Of a stretch of 64,000 nt of DNA, positions 52,525 to 64,000 are shown piece after piece (position 1 is the stretch's first letter; each line of letters begins with the position of its first letter). Under the pieces are notes generated by a model. It was given only the letters and a program-made list of their open reading frames with translations, did not search any database and had not been told where the DNA came from. This DNA comes from Candidatus Omnitrophota bacterium. GTDB taxonomy: Bacteria; Omnitrophota; Gorgyraeia; DTHP01. The stretch spans positions 16,876-80,875 of the forward strand of contig JAMWCW010000007.1 of assembly GCA_023819145.1 (NCBI GenBank), read 5' to 3'. A program made the translations under genes and the position numbers.

Positions 52525-54708
52525 CTAAGACACAGCTTGCTTTTTTTTCATCATTTGCCAAGTAATTACCAAAGAAGTAGCAATGTAAATTGTGGAATAG
52601 ATTCCCGAAAGCATACCCACTAAAAGACAGAAAGCAAGATTATTCAATACCGTCCCACCCCAAATAAAAAGTGATACCACAACAAAAAGTGTGGTAAGGG
52701 TAGTAAGAATTGTACGTGACAGAGTTTGATTTATGCTTTTATTAATTATCTCTGCTAAGCTTTCTTTTTTAAACAACCGCATATTTTCTCTTATCCGGTC
52801 GTAAATAACAATGGTATCATTTATGGAATAACCTGCAATGGTCAAAAGTCCAGCAACAACGGTAAGAGAAATCTCTCTATGGGTAAAAGCTAAAAAGCCT
52901 ACGCAGACAAAAACATCGTGGAAGAGAGCAATTACACCTGCGATTCCAAAATCAAAATGTTTAAAACGGAATCCAACATAAACAAGAATGCCTACCATTG
53001 CCCAGAAAATAGCCCAGACAGCCTTCTGTCTTAACTCTTTCCCTACAGATGGCCCAACCTGTTCTACCCTTCTTACCTCTATGGGGTTATTGGAGAAATC
53101 CTGTTTTAATTGTGCAGTAATATCCTCTGTTTTTACCTTTGCGGTTCTGATAATTATATCATTATGACCACCTACTTTTTGAATATTAGCATCCGTTGCT
53201 CCAAGTTTATTCAAAGAATACCGTATGTCTTCTATCTTTATATCATTTTTAAATGAATATTCCACTAAATACCCTCCACTAAAATCTATCCCGTATGTCT
53301 TCTCTCCAAGATAGAAGAAATAAACTAACCCCCCTAAGACTACCAATAGGGAAATAAAATAGAAAATTTTTCTTTTCCCAATAAAATCGAATTTAAGTTC
53401 TCTTTTAAAAAAACGGAGCATAGAATATTTCTTGATTATTCCTAAAGATAAAGCGGTTTCGGTAATGGTCCTTGTTACAATCAGAGCAGTAAACAAACTG
53501 GCGAGGATTCCTGCAGTAAGAGTTATGGCAAATCCCTTTATGGGACCAGTACCAAACTGAAAAAGGAAAAATGCCGCAATTAAAGTAGTAAGATTAGAAT
53601 CAAATATAGCACTGAAAGCTTTGTCATATCCTGTGGCAATCGAAGCACGCAGAGAACGACCTGTTTTTAATTCCTCCCGAATTCTCTCATTTATTAAAAC
53701 GTTAGCATCAACAGCCATGCCCAAACTCAAAGCAAGCCCGGCAATACCGGGGAGGGTTAAGGTGGCATTAAAGTAACCTAATACTCCCAAAACAATAATA
53801 AAGTTTAAAAGTAGAGCCAAATCTGCCACAAAACCAGCAAAGAAATAATAAACAATCATAAAAACTACGACAAAAATAGTCCCGATATAGGTAGCAAAAA
53901 TACCTGCACGAATGGAATCTCTTCCTAAACTCGGTCCTACTGTACGTTCTTCTTCAATCTTGATAGGAGCGGGCAATGCACCTGCTCTTAGAACGATAGC
54001 TAAGTCATTAGCTTCATCGATACTAAACCTTCCGGTAATCTGTGCTTCGCCCGAAGGGATTCTTTCTCGGATTACCGGGGCAGAATGTACTACACCATCT
54101 AACACAATAGCTAAACGCCTACCCACATTTTCGCCTGTCACCTGTGAAAATATCTTTGCTCCTTGGCTGTTAAACTTCAAAGAAACATAAGGGGCCCCAA
54201 ACTGGCTCTCAAAACTCACTCTCGCATCGATAAGAGTATCTCCTGTAAGGCTTGCTTTTCTCCGAACTAAAAGCGGTTCTTTATCCAGATATTTTAATTC
54301 GTAATCTTCAGCTATATTGTCACTTAACGCAGCCCTTAACAATTCCGGGTCATCAGAAATAAGTTTGAATTCTAACTGAGCAGTTTTACCAATAATTTGC
54401 AAGGCGCGTTCACGGTCAGTAATCCCCGGCAACTGTACTACAATGCGATCAACACCTTGCTTTAATATCGAAGGTTCTCTTACTCCAAACTGGTCTATAC
54501 GATTCCGGATAATCTCCAAGGCTCTATCTACTGCATCATGGCGAGTCTCCTGCGGAATTCCTGAAGTGTCAACTTTCAAAACTAAATGCATTCCCCCTTG
54601 CAAATCAAGCCCAAGGTTAACTTTCTTACTCAAAGGAAAAGCATTCCAAGAGGCTATACCCATGACAATCGAAATCAACAACCATTTCCATTTTAAATTG
54701 CGTTGCAT
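52525..54708 (-). CDS. secDF: protein translocase subunit SecDF (fused)
   Basis: 727 aa with twelve TMs and a periplasmic domain. yajC-secDF arrangement. Confidence 0.9.
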   Translation of the reverse strand: MQRNLKWKWLLISIVMGIASWNAFPLSKKVNLGLDLQGGMHLVLKVDTSGIPQETRHDAVDRALEIIRNRIDQFGVREPSILKQGVDRIVVQLPGITDRERALQIIGKTAQLEFKLISDDPELLRAALSDNIAEDYELKYLDKEPLLVRRKASLTGDTLIDARVSFESQFGAPYVSLKFNSQGAKIFSQVTGENVGRRLAIVLDGVVHSAPVIRERIPSGEAQITGRFSIDEANDLAIVLRAGALPAPIKIEEERTVGPSLGRDSIRAGIFATYIGTIFVVVFMIVYYFFAGFVADLALLLNFIIVLGVLGYFNATLTLPGIAGLALSLGMAVDANVLINERIREELKTGRSLRASIATGYDKAFSAIFDSNLTTLIAAFFLFQFGTGPIKGFAITLTAGILASLFTALIVTRTITETALSLGIIKKYSMLRFFKRELKFDFIGKRKIFYFISLLVVLGGLVYFFYLGEKTYGIDFSGGYLVEYSFKNDIKIEDIRYSLNKLGATDANIQKVGGHNDIIIRTAKVKTEDITAQLKQDFSNNPIEVRRVEQVGPSVGKELRQKAVWAIFWAMVGILVYVGFRFKHFDFGIAGVIALFHDVFVCVGFLAFTHREISLTVVAGLLTIAGYSINDTIVIYDRIRENMRLFKKESLAEIINKSINQTLSRTILTTLTTLFVVVSLFIWGGTVLNNLAFCLLVGMLSGIYSTIYIATSLVITWQMMKKKQAVS

Positions 54709-54761
54709 AATTCCCTCCCCCTTCGATTATTAAATTCTAAATCCGAATTTCAAACTTACAA

Positions 54762-55061
54762 TCATTTCTTTACATAGGCTATCGCAGATTTTTCGATCAT
54801 AATCTTTGTATTATCATCAACCTTAAGCACGACGGTTGTATCTTTTATATCTACAATTGCTCCATGAATACCACCGGAAGTAACCACCTCATCGTTTTTC
54901 TTCAAATTTTTAAGCATCTCCTGGTGTTCTCTTTCACGCGTTTTTTGTGGTTTAATAATCATGAAGTAAAAGACAAAGAAAATTAAAATAAGAGGTAAGA
55001 GACTAACTATAGGATTTGGTGCAGGTGTTTGTGCTAAAAAGGAAAAAAATAAATTTACCAA
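54762..55061 (-). CDS. yajC: preprotein translocase subunit YajC
   Basis: 99 aa. Single TM plus KPQKTREREHQEMLKNLKKNDEVVTSGGIHG. Confidence 0.88.
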   Translation of the reverse strand: MVNLFFSFLAQTPAPNPIVSLLPLILIFFVFYFMIIKPQKTREREHQEMLKNLKKNDEVVTSGGIHGAIVDIKDTTVVLKVDDNTKIMIEKSAIAYVKK

Positions 55062-55120
55062 AATCTACCTCCTTTCGTCTTATTTTACCTCACAGCTTAG
55101 CTTGTTTTTGCGATATCATA

Positions 55121-57475
<2,355 letters not shown>

Positions 57476-57479
<4 letters not shown>

Positions 57480-58522
57480 ACTATCAACATGGCATCGCCA
57501 TAGGAGTAAAAGCGATATCTCTTCTCAATCGCCTCCTGATAGGCCTTTCTCCAGACAGCCGAACCGCAAAAGGCGGCAATGAGCATCAAAAGCGTGGATT
57601 TGGGGAAATGAAAATTGGTTAAAAGCATATCGGTCAGTTTAAAATCGTAGGGAGGATAGATAAAGAGACTAGTGTAGCCCTGTATTTCTTGTGGAAGCCA
57701 GAAGCCAGAAGTCTTAAGTTGACATGCTACTGTTTCCAGAACACGGCAGGAAGTAGTACCCACGGCTATGATCTTTCTACCTTTCTTCTTAGTATCTGAA
57801 ATAATCCTTGCCGTCTCTATAGGAAATTCATAATATTCTTTGTACATCTTGTGGGCTTCGATATTTTCTTCCTTTACCGGCTTAAAGGTGGCATAGTTTA
57901 CATGCAATGTTACATAGGCAATATTTATTCCCTTATTCATAATTTGTTGGAGTAAGTCTTGCGTAAAATGCAGGCCGGCAGTAGGGGCAGCTACTGCGCC
58001 CTCTTTCCGAGCATAAACGGTCTGATACCTTGTTCTGTCCAGCTCAACCGATTTTCTCTTTATATATGGCGGCAGGGGAATATCTCCTGATTTCTCAAGC
58101 GCTTCGTTCAAATCTCCAGAACTTTTGAATTTCAATATTGCAAAACCTTGACCGTCTTTTTCTATCAGCTCTGCGCGTAGTCCATCACCGCTAAAGACAA
58201 TTGCCTCTCCCAAAGAAAACTTTCTCGCCGGTTTCAATAAAGTCTTAAAGGTGTCCTCTTTTATCCTCTCCAACAAAAAAACTTCCACCTTTCCTGAGGT
58301 TTTTTCTCTCAAACCGAATAACCTGGCTGGAATGACCTTGGTGTCGTTTAACACCAAAGTATCACCTTCTCTAAAGCACTGGGTTATGTCGCTAAATTTA
58401 CTGTGGGAAATTTTCCCAGAGGAACGTTCCAAAACAAGCAGACGCGAATCGTCGCGCCTATCAAGCGGAAACTGAGCAATCAATTCTTTGGGTAAATGAT
58501 AATCAAACTCAGAAATATGCAT
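57476..58522 (-). CDS. queA: tRNA preQ1(34) S-adenosylmethionine ribosyltransferase-isomerase QueA
   Basis: 348 aa. MHISEFDYHLPKELIAQFPLDRRDDSRLLVL. Confidence 0.92.
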
Positions 58523-58530
58523 TTGTAAAA

Positions 58531-58565
58531 TTACTGATTACGGGTTACCGATTACCGATTACGGA
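58531..58565. repeat. degenerate heptanucleotide tandem repeat (TTACNGN x5)
   Basis: ttactga ttacggg ttaccga ttaccga ttacgga. It spans the stop of the SpoIID-like gene and the spacer before queA. Confidence 0.6.
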
Positions 58566-59693
58566 CTTTATTTCTGTTCCCGGATAATAAAACCTTAAAA
58601 TCTCTTCTGACTTATAACCTTTAATTGCCATGAAATACGCTCCCCATTGACAAAGCCCTACTCCGTGTCCCCAGCCATAACCGCGAAAAACTGCCCCATC
58701 GGATTCGAGTTCCACCTCGAAATTTGTACTTCTAATGACCTGGGGGTCAAAAATCTGGCGGAATTCTTTGGCGGCAATCTCAAATTTACCGTTCTCCGCA
58801 ATGACATTTAATTTCCTTATCCGTCCACTGGCATTTTTTTCTTTAGGAACAATACCCAGAATTTTCCCCGAAATATAATATCCATTAGCACTCAACTTCT
58901 CCTTCAGTTCCTTCATAGAAATAAACCTCTCCCACAAATAATGTGGAGATTGATAACAGAAATCACACTTTACTCCCTTCAGTGGAGGAATATCAATATT
59001 CCATAGCTCTGAAGCATCTTCGGTCGCCCCTCCGCAAGTAGCATGGAAATAAGCAGGAAATAGTTCCCCTTTATAAATAAGGACTTTTCCTTTTGTAAGA
59101 TTTACAGCACGAGTAGTGCGGTATCTCTCTGCATTCCTCCCCCCATAAACTTGAGAATAAAAATCACTGGTTAAATCATAATCTTTATTTTTATTTATCC
59201 TCTGTTGATATAGAGCATAGGTACGAGAAGCAATTGCGTGGGCTTTAAGTGCTTCCATGGGCCAATACAATGAAACTTCATGACAAAGTACTCCATAAAG
59301 ATACTCCTCAAGTTCAACGTGATTAATGACAAGGAGTTTTAAACCCTCAGTTTTTAAAATATCTATCTCACCTCTATATTTTCTTCCATTTATAACAACC
59401 TCTCCTTTTTTTCTCAAAGGTTTAATCTTTATACCAGAAACCTTATAATACCGTTCTCCAATCTTTAATCCTTCCACTGAAGGAAAAACCTTTGCTTTCT
59501 TTAAGTAAGAAACTACTTCTATCAATCCAGAATTATTTAATTGTTCTATACTACAGCTCTCATGAAAAGAAATTTCTACGGTAGGAACGTTATTGAATAC
59601 TGCCACCCGCAATATGATTGGCGAGGCCTCTTCTTGAGCAAAAGTTAAATCAGATTTTATAATAAGTAACAAAAATAAAAAAAAATTCTTCAT
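58545..59693 (-). CDS. SpoIID/LytB domain-containing protein
   Basis: 382 aa. Signal peptide. C-terminal RGYGWGHGVGLCQWGA motif of the SpoIID/LytB family. Confidence 0.8.
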   Translation of the reverse strand: MKNFFLFLLLIIKSDLTFAQEEASPIILRVAVFNNVPTVEISFHESCSIEQLNNSGLIEVVSYLKKAKVFPSVEGLKIGERYYKVSGIKIKPLRKKGEVVINGRKYRGEIDILKTEGLKLLVINHVELEEYLYGVLCHEVSLYWPMEALKAHAIASRTYALYQQRINKNKDYDLTSDFYSQVYGGRNAERYRTTRAVNLTKGKVLIYKGELFPAYFHATCGGATEDASELWNIDIPPLKGVKCDFCYQSPHYLWERFISMKELKEKLSANGYYISGKILGIVPKEKNASGRIRKLNVIAENGKFEIAAKEFRQIFDPQVIRSTNFEVELESDGAVFRGYGWGHGVGLCQWGAYFMAIKGYKSEEILRFYYPGTEIKSVIGNR

Positions 59694-59712
59694 TATAATC
59701 TCTTAGCGTCTT

Positions 59713-59937
59713 TTATTTCATAAAACGACTAACGAACCAGAGAATAAAACTTAAGAGTATACTTAATAGAAGACACGTGGCAAGGGGAAAATATAAACTA
59801 AAATTATTTTTCTTGATTAAGATATCCCCGGGAAGCTTCCCTAACCAAGGAATCCTCTCTCCTAAAACAAAAATAATCCCCAAGCCAAAAAGAACTATCC
59901 CTAAAAATATTAAAAATCTGCCAAATGCGCTAATCAT
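59713..59937 (-). CDS. DUF2905 family small membrane protein
   Basis: 74 aa. Two TM helices flanking GERIPWLGKLPGDI. Confidence 0.65.
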   Translation of the reverse strand: MISAFGRFLIFLGIVLFGLGIIFVLGERIPWLGKLPGDILIKKNNFSLYFPLATCLLLSILLSFILWFVSRFMK

Positions 59938-60481
59938 TTAAATCTTTCTTTGCTAACCTTTCTTCTCTTTCTATTTTACTGTAAATACAACCACAATAAT
60001 TCTGGCGATAAAGTCCTATTTCTTTTGCTTTGTTCTGTGCTTCATGAAATCCTTCTCTAAAATCATAATATAAAAATTTAACTTTATATTTATCGGCAAT
60101 CTCTTCGCCCAATATTTTGATTTTACTCTGGTCCTGAAACGGACTTACCAAGAGTGTCGTTGAGAAAGAACCAAAATCATTATCTCTGGCATAAGCAGCG
60201 GTCTTAGTCAAACGTAGTTCCCAACATTTAGAACAGCGCGGATAAATCCCCGGATCAACTCTTGTAAAGAAATCTTCGGGTAAATATTCTAAATAAACAA
60301 TCTTAAAATTTTCCCTCTTAGACAATTCATAAAGAGCCTCCCTCCGTTTTATAAATTCTTCCTCGGGATAAATGTTAGGGTTATAAAAAAAACCGGTAGT
60401 TTGGTACCCCTCTTCCTTAAGTTTAGAAAAAGGGTAGATACTACACGGCCCACAGCAAATATGTAATAATACCTTTTCCAT
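59930..60481 (-). CDS. queH: epoxyqueuosine reductase QueH (DUF208)
   Basis: 183 aa. LLHICCGPCS N-terminal cysteine motif and C-terminal CGC. Confidence 0.8.
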   Translation of the reverse strand: MEKVLLHICCGPCSIYPFSKLKEEGYQTTGFFYNPNIYPEEEFIKRREALYELSKRENFKIVYLEYLPEDFFTRVDPGIYPRCSKCWELRLTKTAAYARDNDFGSFSTTLLVSPFQDQSKIKILGEEIADKYKVKFLYYDFREGFHEAQNKAKEIGLYRQNYCGCIYSKIEREERLAKKDLND

Positions 60482-60492
60482 TTCAAGTTTAA

Positions 60493-61521
60493 TTAAAGAA
60501 ACTCTTTCTGTGATTCCTTGGGATAGGGAATACCAAAGTGTTCATAAGCAAGAGAGGTTACTTCCCTTCCTCTGGCGGTTCTCTTTAAAAAACCAATTTT
60601 TAGAAGATATGGCTCAACTAAATCCACTAAAGTATCTGGTTCTTCATTCAAGGTAGCAGCAAGGGAATCAATGCCTACCGGTCCACCTTTAAAAGAATCG
60701 GTCATCGTCCTCAAAACTTTAATATCCAGAGAATCCAACCCCCGTTTATCAATCCCGAGCATTTCCAGTGCTTTAATGGCTATTTCATGAGTAATTATGC
60801 CTTGGCCTTTTACCTGCGCATAATCACGCACCCTGCGTAATAATCTGTTGGCTACCCGTGGCGTTCCGCGTGCACGCCGTGCAATTTCTTGGATTGCTTT
60901 CTTATCAATCTCTACAGCTAAAATCTTGGCAGAGCGTTTAACCACTTCCATAATTTCTTCTTCGGTATAAAAATCCAAGTGATAAAAAATGCCAAATCTT
61001 CCTCTCAAAGGAGCGCTTAACAATCCGGCTCTAGTAGTAGCGCCGATTAAGGTAAATGGTTTAAGATTAAACTTTATTGTCTTTGCATAAGGGCCTTTGT
61101 CCAAAACAAAATCTATTTGGAAATTTTCCATTGCAGGATAGAGGAATTCCTCCACTACTTTGGAAAGCCGATGAATCTCATCTATAAAAAGAATGTCTCC
61201 TTTTTCTAAATTGGTAAGTATTCCAATTAGGTCTCCCGCACGTTCTATGGCAGGCCCAGAAGTAGCAGTAATCTTTGTCCCCATCTCGTGAGCGATGATA
61301 TGCGCAAGAGAAGTCTTACCTAAACCCTGCGGGCCAGAGAGGAGAATGTGTTCTAACGGTTCTTTTCTATTTAAAGCAGCCGAAATAGTTATATTTAAAC
61401 CTTCTACAACCTTGCCTTGTCCGATAAACTCCTCTAAACGTTGCGGTCTTAAAGAAAGGTTAAAAATTAAATCTTCCTCGGTTTCCTGTGGAACAATTAT
61501 TCTTTCTCGCTCTTCTTGCAT
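60493..61521 (-). CDS. ruvB: Holliday junction branch migration DNA helicase RuvB
   Basis: 342 aa. Walker A GPQGLGKTS and AAA+ motifs. Confidence 0.95.
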   Translation of the reverse strand: MQEERERIIVPQETEEDLIFNLSLRPQRLEEFIGQGKVVEGLNITISAALNRKEPLEHILLSGPQGLGKTSLAHIIAHEMGTKITATSGPAIERAGDLIGILTNLEKGDILFIDEIHRLSKVVEEFLYPAMENFQIDFVLDKGPYAKTIKFNLKPFTLIGATTRAGLLSAPLRGRFGIFYHLDFYTEEEIMEVVKRSAKILAVEIDKKAIQEIARRARGTPRVANRLLRRVRDYAQVKGQGIITHEIAIKALEMLGIDKRGLDSLDIKVLRTMTDSFKGGPVGIDSLAATLNEEPDTLVDLVEPYLLKIGFLKRTARGREVTSLAYEHFGIPYPKESQKEFL

Positions 61522-61528
61522 ATCCTTA

Positions 61529-62158
61529 TTACCTCAATATCTTGCGGTTACGATAGATTTCATTCAACAATGCCTCTGTGGTATCTATTGTTGGATTTCT
61601 CTCTAAGGCTTCTTTAATCATCTTTTCTGCCTCGTATTTCTTATATTGTAACTGAAGCAGTACCGTTAAAGCCTCATTTTCAATACTCTCCTTTTCTATT
61701 TTCTCTCTCGGTAATTCCTCATCTTGGATTAGCCCAAACTTACCAATTTTACCCTGTAATTTAGCAACTATCTCTTTAGCCCTCTGTTTACCAATACCGG
61801 GCAGAGAACTGAGAACACCGATATTACCTTCATCAATCGCACGTGCAATCTTGGAGATAGGCATATTTAAAGCCTTTACTGCAGTACGTGGTCCCACTCC
61901 CGAAACACTGATAAAATATTCGAAAAACTCTCTTTCAACCTCATTGGAAAAACCTATCAAAATAGGGATACTTCGATTGGGTTCCATCTGATGATAGTGA
62001 TAAGTAACCAGAGAAATCACATCTTTAACCTGATAGTTCCTCTCGATATTATGCATCACTGTGGGAGGGACAATAATTTCATAACATATTCCCTGGACTT
62101 CTAAAATAATCTGGTTTTCCTTTCTTTCAACGATTGTACCTTCTATACGGGAAATCAT
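61529..62158 (-). CDS. ruvA: Holliday junction branch migration protein RuvA
   Basis: 209 aa. MISRIEGTI N-terminus. HhH motifs (LPGIGKQRAKEIV). Confidence 0.9.
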   Translation of the reverse strand: MISRIEGTIVERKENQIILEVQGICYEIIVPPTVMHNIERNYQVKDVISLVTYHYHQMEPNRSIPILIGFSNEVEREFFEYFISVSGVGPRTAVKALNMPISKIARAIDEGNIGVLSSLPGIGKQRAKEIVAKLQGKIGKFGLIQDEELPREKIEKESIENEALTVLLQLQYKKYEAEKMIKEALERNPTIDTTEALLNEIYRNRKILR

Positions 62159-62706
62159 TTCTTAAAAAAATAAAGATTTTGTGATTTGGAAGCTTTTCTT
62201 AAGCGATGACAGTCTGTTTCTACTATATGTGCGTGAGCAAGAGCAAGTGCAAGCGCATCGGAAACGTCTTTCGGTTGAGGAGTTTGTTCCAAGCCAAGAA
62301 GGTACTGAATCATCCTCTGAATCTGTTCCTTTGTAGCATTGCCTCTTCCGCAAATTGCTTTTTTGACACGGGTGGAAGAATAGCCTATAAGAGGAATTTG
62401 CTTTTCTTCAGCCACCAAGCTTATTACCCCTCGTGCATGGCCCATAAGAATCGCGGTTTTAGGGTGACGGTAGTGAGAATAGAGCTCTTCTAAAACAATT
62501 GCATCGGGATGAAATTCTTCGACTAATTTCTTTACTCCTTGATAAATCTTCCCTATTTTCTGAGATAAGGAGAATTTTTGTGTGGTTTTTATCACTCCTG
62601 CTTCTAAAATGCGGGGGTTAAAATTAAGATTTGCCTCTACCAACCCGTAACCTGTAATGTTTAAACCCGGATCAATTCCTAATATGCACATCTTACAATA
62701 TATCAA
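62155..62706 (-). CDS. ruvC: crossover junction endodeoxyribonuclease RuvC
   Basis: ILGIDPGLNITGYGLVE catalytic N-terminus. The likely true start is the MCILGIDPG Met. Confidence 0.9.
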   Translation of the reverse strand: MIYCKMCILGIDPGLNITGYGLVEANLNFNPRILEAGVIKTTQKFSLSQKIGKIYQGVKKLVEEFHPDAIVLEELYSHYRHPKTAILMGHARGVISLVAEEKQIPLIGYSSTRVKKAICGRGNATKEQIQRMIQYLLGLEQTPQPKDVSDALALALAHAHIVETDCHRLRKASKSQNLYFFKK

Positions 62707-62913
62707 TTAGTCAAATAGTCGAAAAATAAACCTTTGATTTGTATAATTATATAACCGAAGGAGGAGAATTGTAAAGGAGAAAAAATAAAACTCTAACTGC
62801 GAAATACTTGGATTATGTAGCTAACAACGGAAAGATTAACCTTAATTTTCTATTTCTATTCGTGAGGTCAATAAATACTAAAATACCTAACTTCCCATCT
62901 AAATACTCAGCTA

Positions 62914-63666
62914 TTAACTCCCCGTTACTTCTTTAATAAGCTCATCGGGAACATCAAAGTTAGCATAAACATTCCTTACATCCTCGTGATCTTCTAACTC
63001 CTGAACTAGGGCAAGAACCTGTTTTGCAGCGTCCCCTGTAAGTTTTACCGTATTAGCAGGAAGCATGGTAATCTCTGCGGAGATATATCTTATTTGAGAA
63101 TCGAATAAAGCCTGTTTAACTTTCTCAAAATCCTGAACAGGAGTGGTAATTTCATAATTATCCTCTTGAGTAGTTATATCTTCTGCACCCGCATTTACTA
63201 CAATGTCCATCAACTTTTCTTCGTCTATTTCTTTTTTATCTACTACAATAAAACCTTTTTTATGAAAAATCCAGCTTACACTTCCGGCGCCTGCAAGATT
63301 TCCACCTTTACGGGAAAAGATGGTTCTAATCTCCGCGGCGGCACGATTCTTATTGTCGGTCAAAAGTTCCACCATAATCGCTACCCCATTTGGGCCATAC
63401 CCTTCGATGGTCATCTCTTCGTAACTCACTCCTGGTAATTCTCCCGTTCCTCTCTTTATTGCTCTATCAATGTTATCCGAAGGCATATTTGCCTCGCGAG
63501 CTTTCTGAATTAAGAGGCGCAATTTAGTATTGGTCTCAGGATTACCACCTCCTTGCCGTGCCACAGCAGTTAACTCTTTAGCTATTTTTGAAAAAAGTTT
63601 TCCTTTTTGGGCATCTACCAGAGCCTTTTTATGCTTTATCCCTGCCCATTTAGAATGACCAGACAT
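62914..63666 (-). CDS. YebC/PmpR family DNA-binding transcriptional regulator
   Basis: 250 aa. MSGHSKWAGIKHKKALVDAQKGKLFSKIAKE. yebC-ruvCAB arrangement. Confidence 0.9.
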   Translation of the reverse strand: MSGHSKWAGIKHKKALVDAQKGKLFSKIAKELTAVARQGGGNPETNTKLRLLIQKAREANMPSDNIDRAIKRGTGELPGVSYEEMTIEGYGPNGVAIMVELLTDNKNRAAAEIRTIFSRKGGNLAGAGSVSWIFHKKGFIVVDKKEIDEEKLMDIVVNAGAEDITTQEDNYEITTPVQDFEKVKQALFDSQIRYISAEITMLPANTVKLTGDAAKQVLALVQELEDHEDVRNVYANFDVPDELIKEVTGS

Positions 63667-63840
63667 ATCTTACTCCCCCTGTTTACTTTACTGAAACGCC
63701 AAACATTGATTCTAGATAAATAGATTTTTTATTATATACCTTCAAAAGGAATCTGTAAATAATAAAAATTAATCAATCTTTATAATTTGCACCCTCTTTG
63801 TTACTAAATTAAAAACTCACTTAACTCTCTGTTACTAAGC

Positions 63841-64000
63841 TTATTCTTCCTTTGTATCCTTAGGTTTTGCTTGGGCAATAATGCGCTCAGAAATTTTTGC
63901 AGGAACCTCCTCATAATGCGAAAACTTCATAGTATAGAAACCCCTTCCCTGTGTCATAGAACGAAGGTCGGTAGCGTAACGAAACATCTCTGCCAGGGGC
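63841..64000 (-). CDS. elongation factor G-like translational GTPase, C-terminal end (partial, continues past window end)
   Basis: rc translation …[52 protein letters not shown] matches the conserved EF-G C-terminus. Stop TAA at 63841-43. Confidence 0.6.
   Translation of the reverse strand, partial: PLAEMFRYATDLRSMTQGRGFYTMKFSHYEEVPAKISERIIAQAKPKDTKEE

Noticed and set aside
62707-62913. 207-bp gap between yebC and ruvC with a plus-strand AAGGAGG
   Set aside because: The SD-like sequence is followed by TTG then TAA, with no ORF on either strand. Most likely it contains only the ruvC promoter.

Overview
The window is a low-GC (visually about one-third G+C) bacterial chromosomal segment with about 66 genes. 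All but one (a GAF-GGDEF gene, 30430..31629) are encoded on the minus strand. Almost everything is conserved housekeeping. In order along the minus strand: the division/cell-wall (dcw) cluster (mraZ-rsmH-ftsL-ftsI-murE-murF-mraY-murD-ftsW-murG, 1..10915) with its promoter and an MraZ-box array. Then ribF-truB-nrnA-rbfA-DUF503-cca-xerD-MBL-lipoprotein-ligA-metallophosphoesterase-acyP. Then a riboflavin operon (ribBA-ribH-nusB-PHP-ribD-ribE-DUF72), preceded by an FMN riboswitch with terminator and followed by tRNA-Pro(CGG). Then smc-nrdR-dCMP deaminase-glyA-rpiB-LMW-PTP, a pur cluster (purB-purL-purF-purM-purD-purE), and tRNA-fMet-ftsB-eno-purN-tatCA-htpX-secDF-yajC-tgt. Then queA and queH among non-queuosine genes, ruvCAB and yebC, and the 3' end of an EF-G-like gene at the window edge. 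The one clearly accessory locus lies next to tRNA-Pro. It is a higher-GC, AT-flanked insert (20.6-24.4 kb) carrying a single-chain MmeI-like Type IIL restriction-modification enzyme. That gene is split into two ORFs by a +1 frameshift at an A6 tract. Other points worth a second look: an unusually elaborate FMN riboswitch leader and expression platform; a palindromic element that supplies the -35 box for both divergent promoters; and a PHP phosphoesterase and a DUF72 gene embedded in the rib operon. No CRISPR array, integrase or transposase was seen. I found no obviously novel multi-gene system beyond these.
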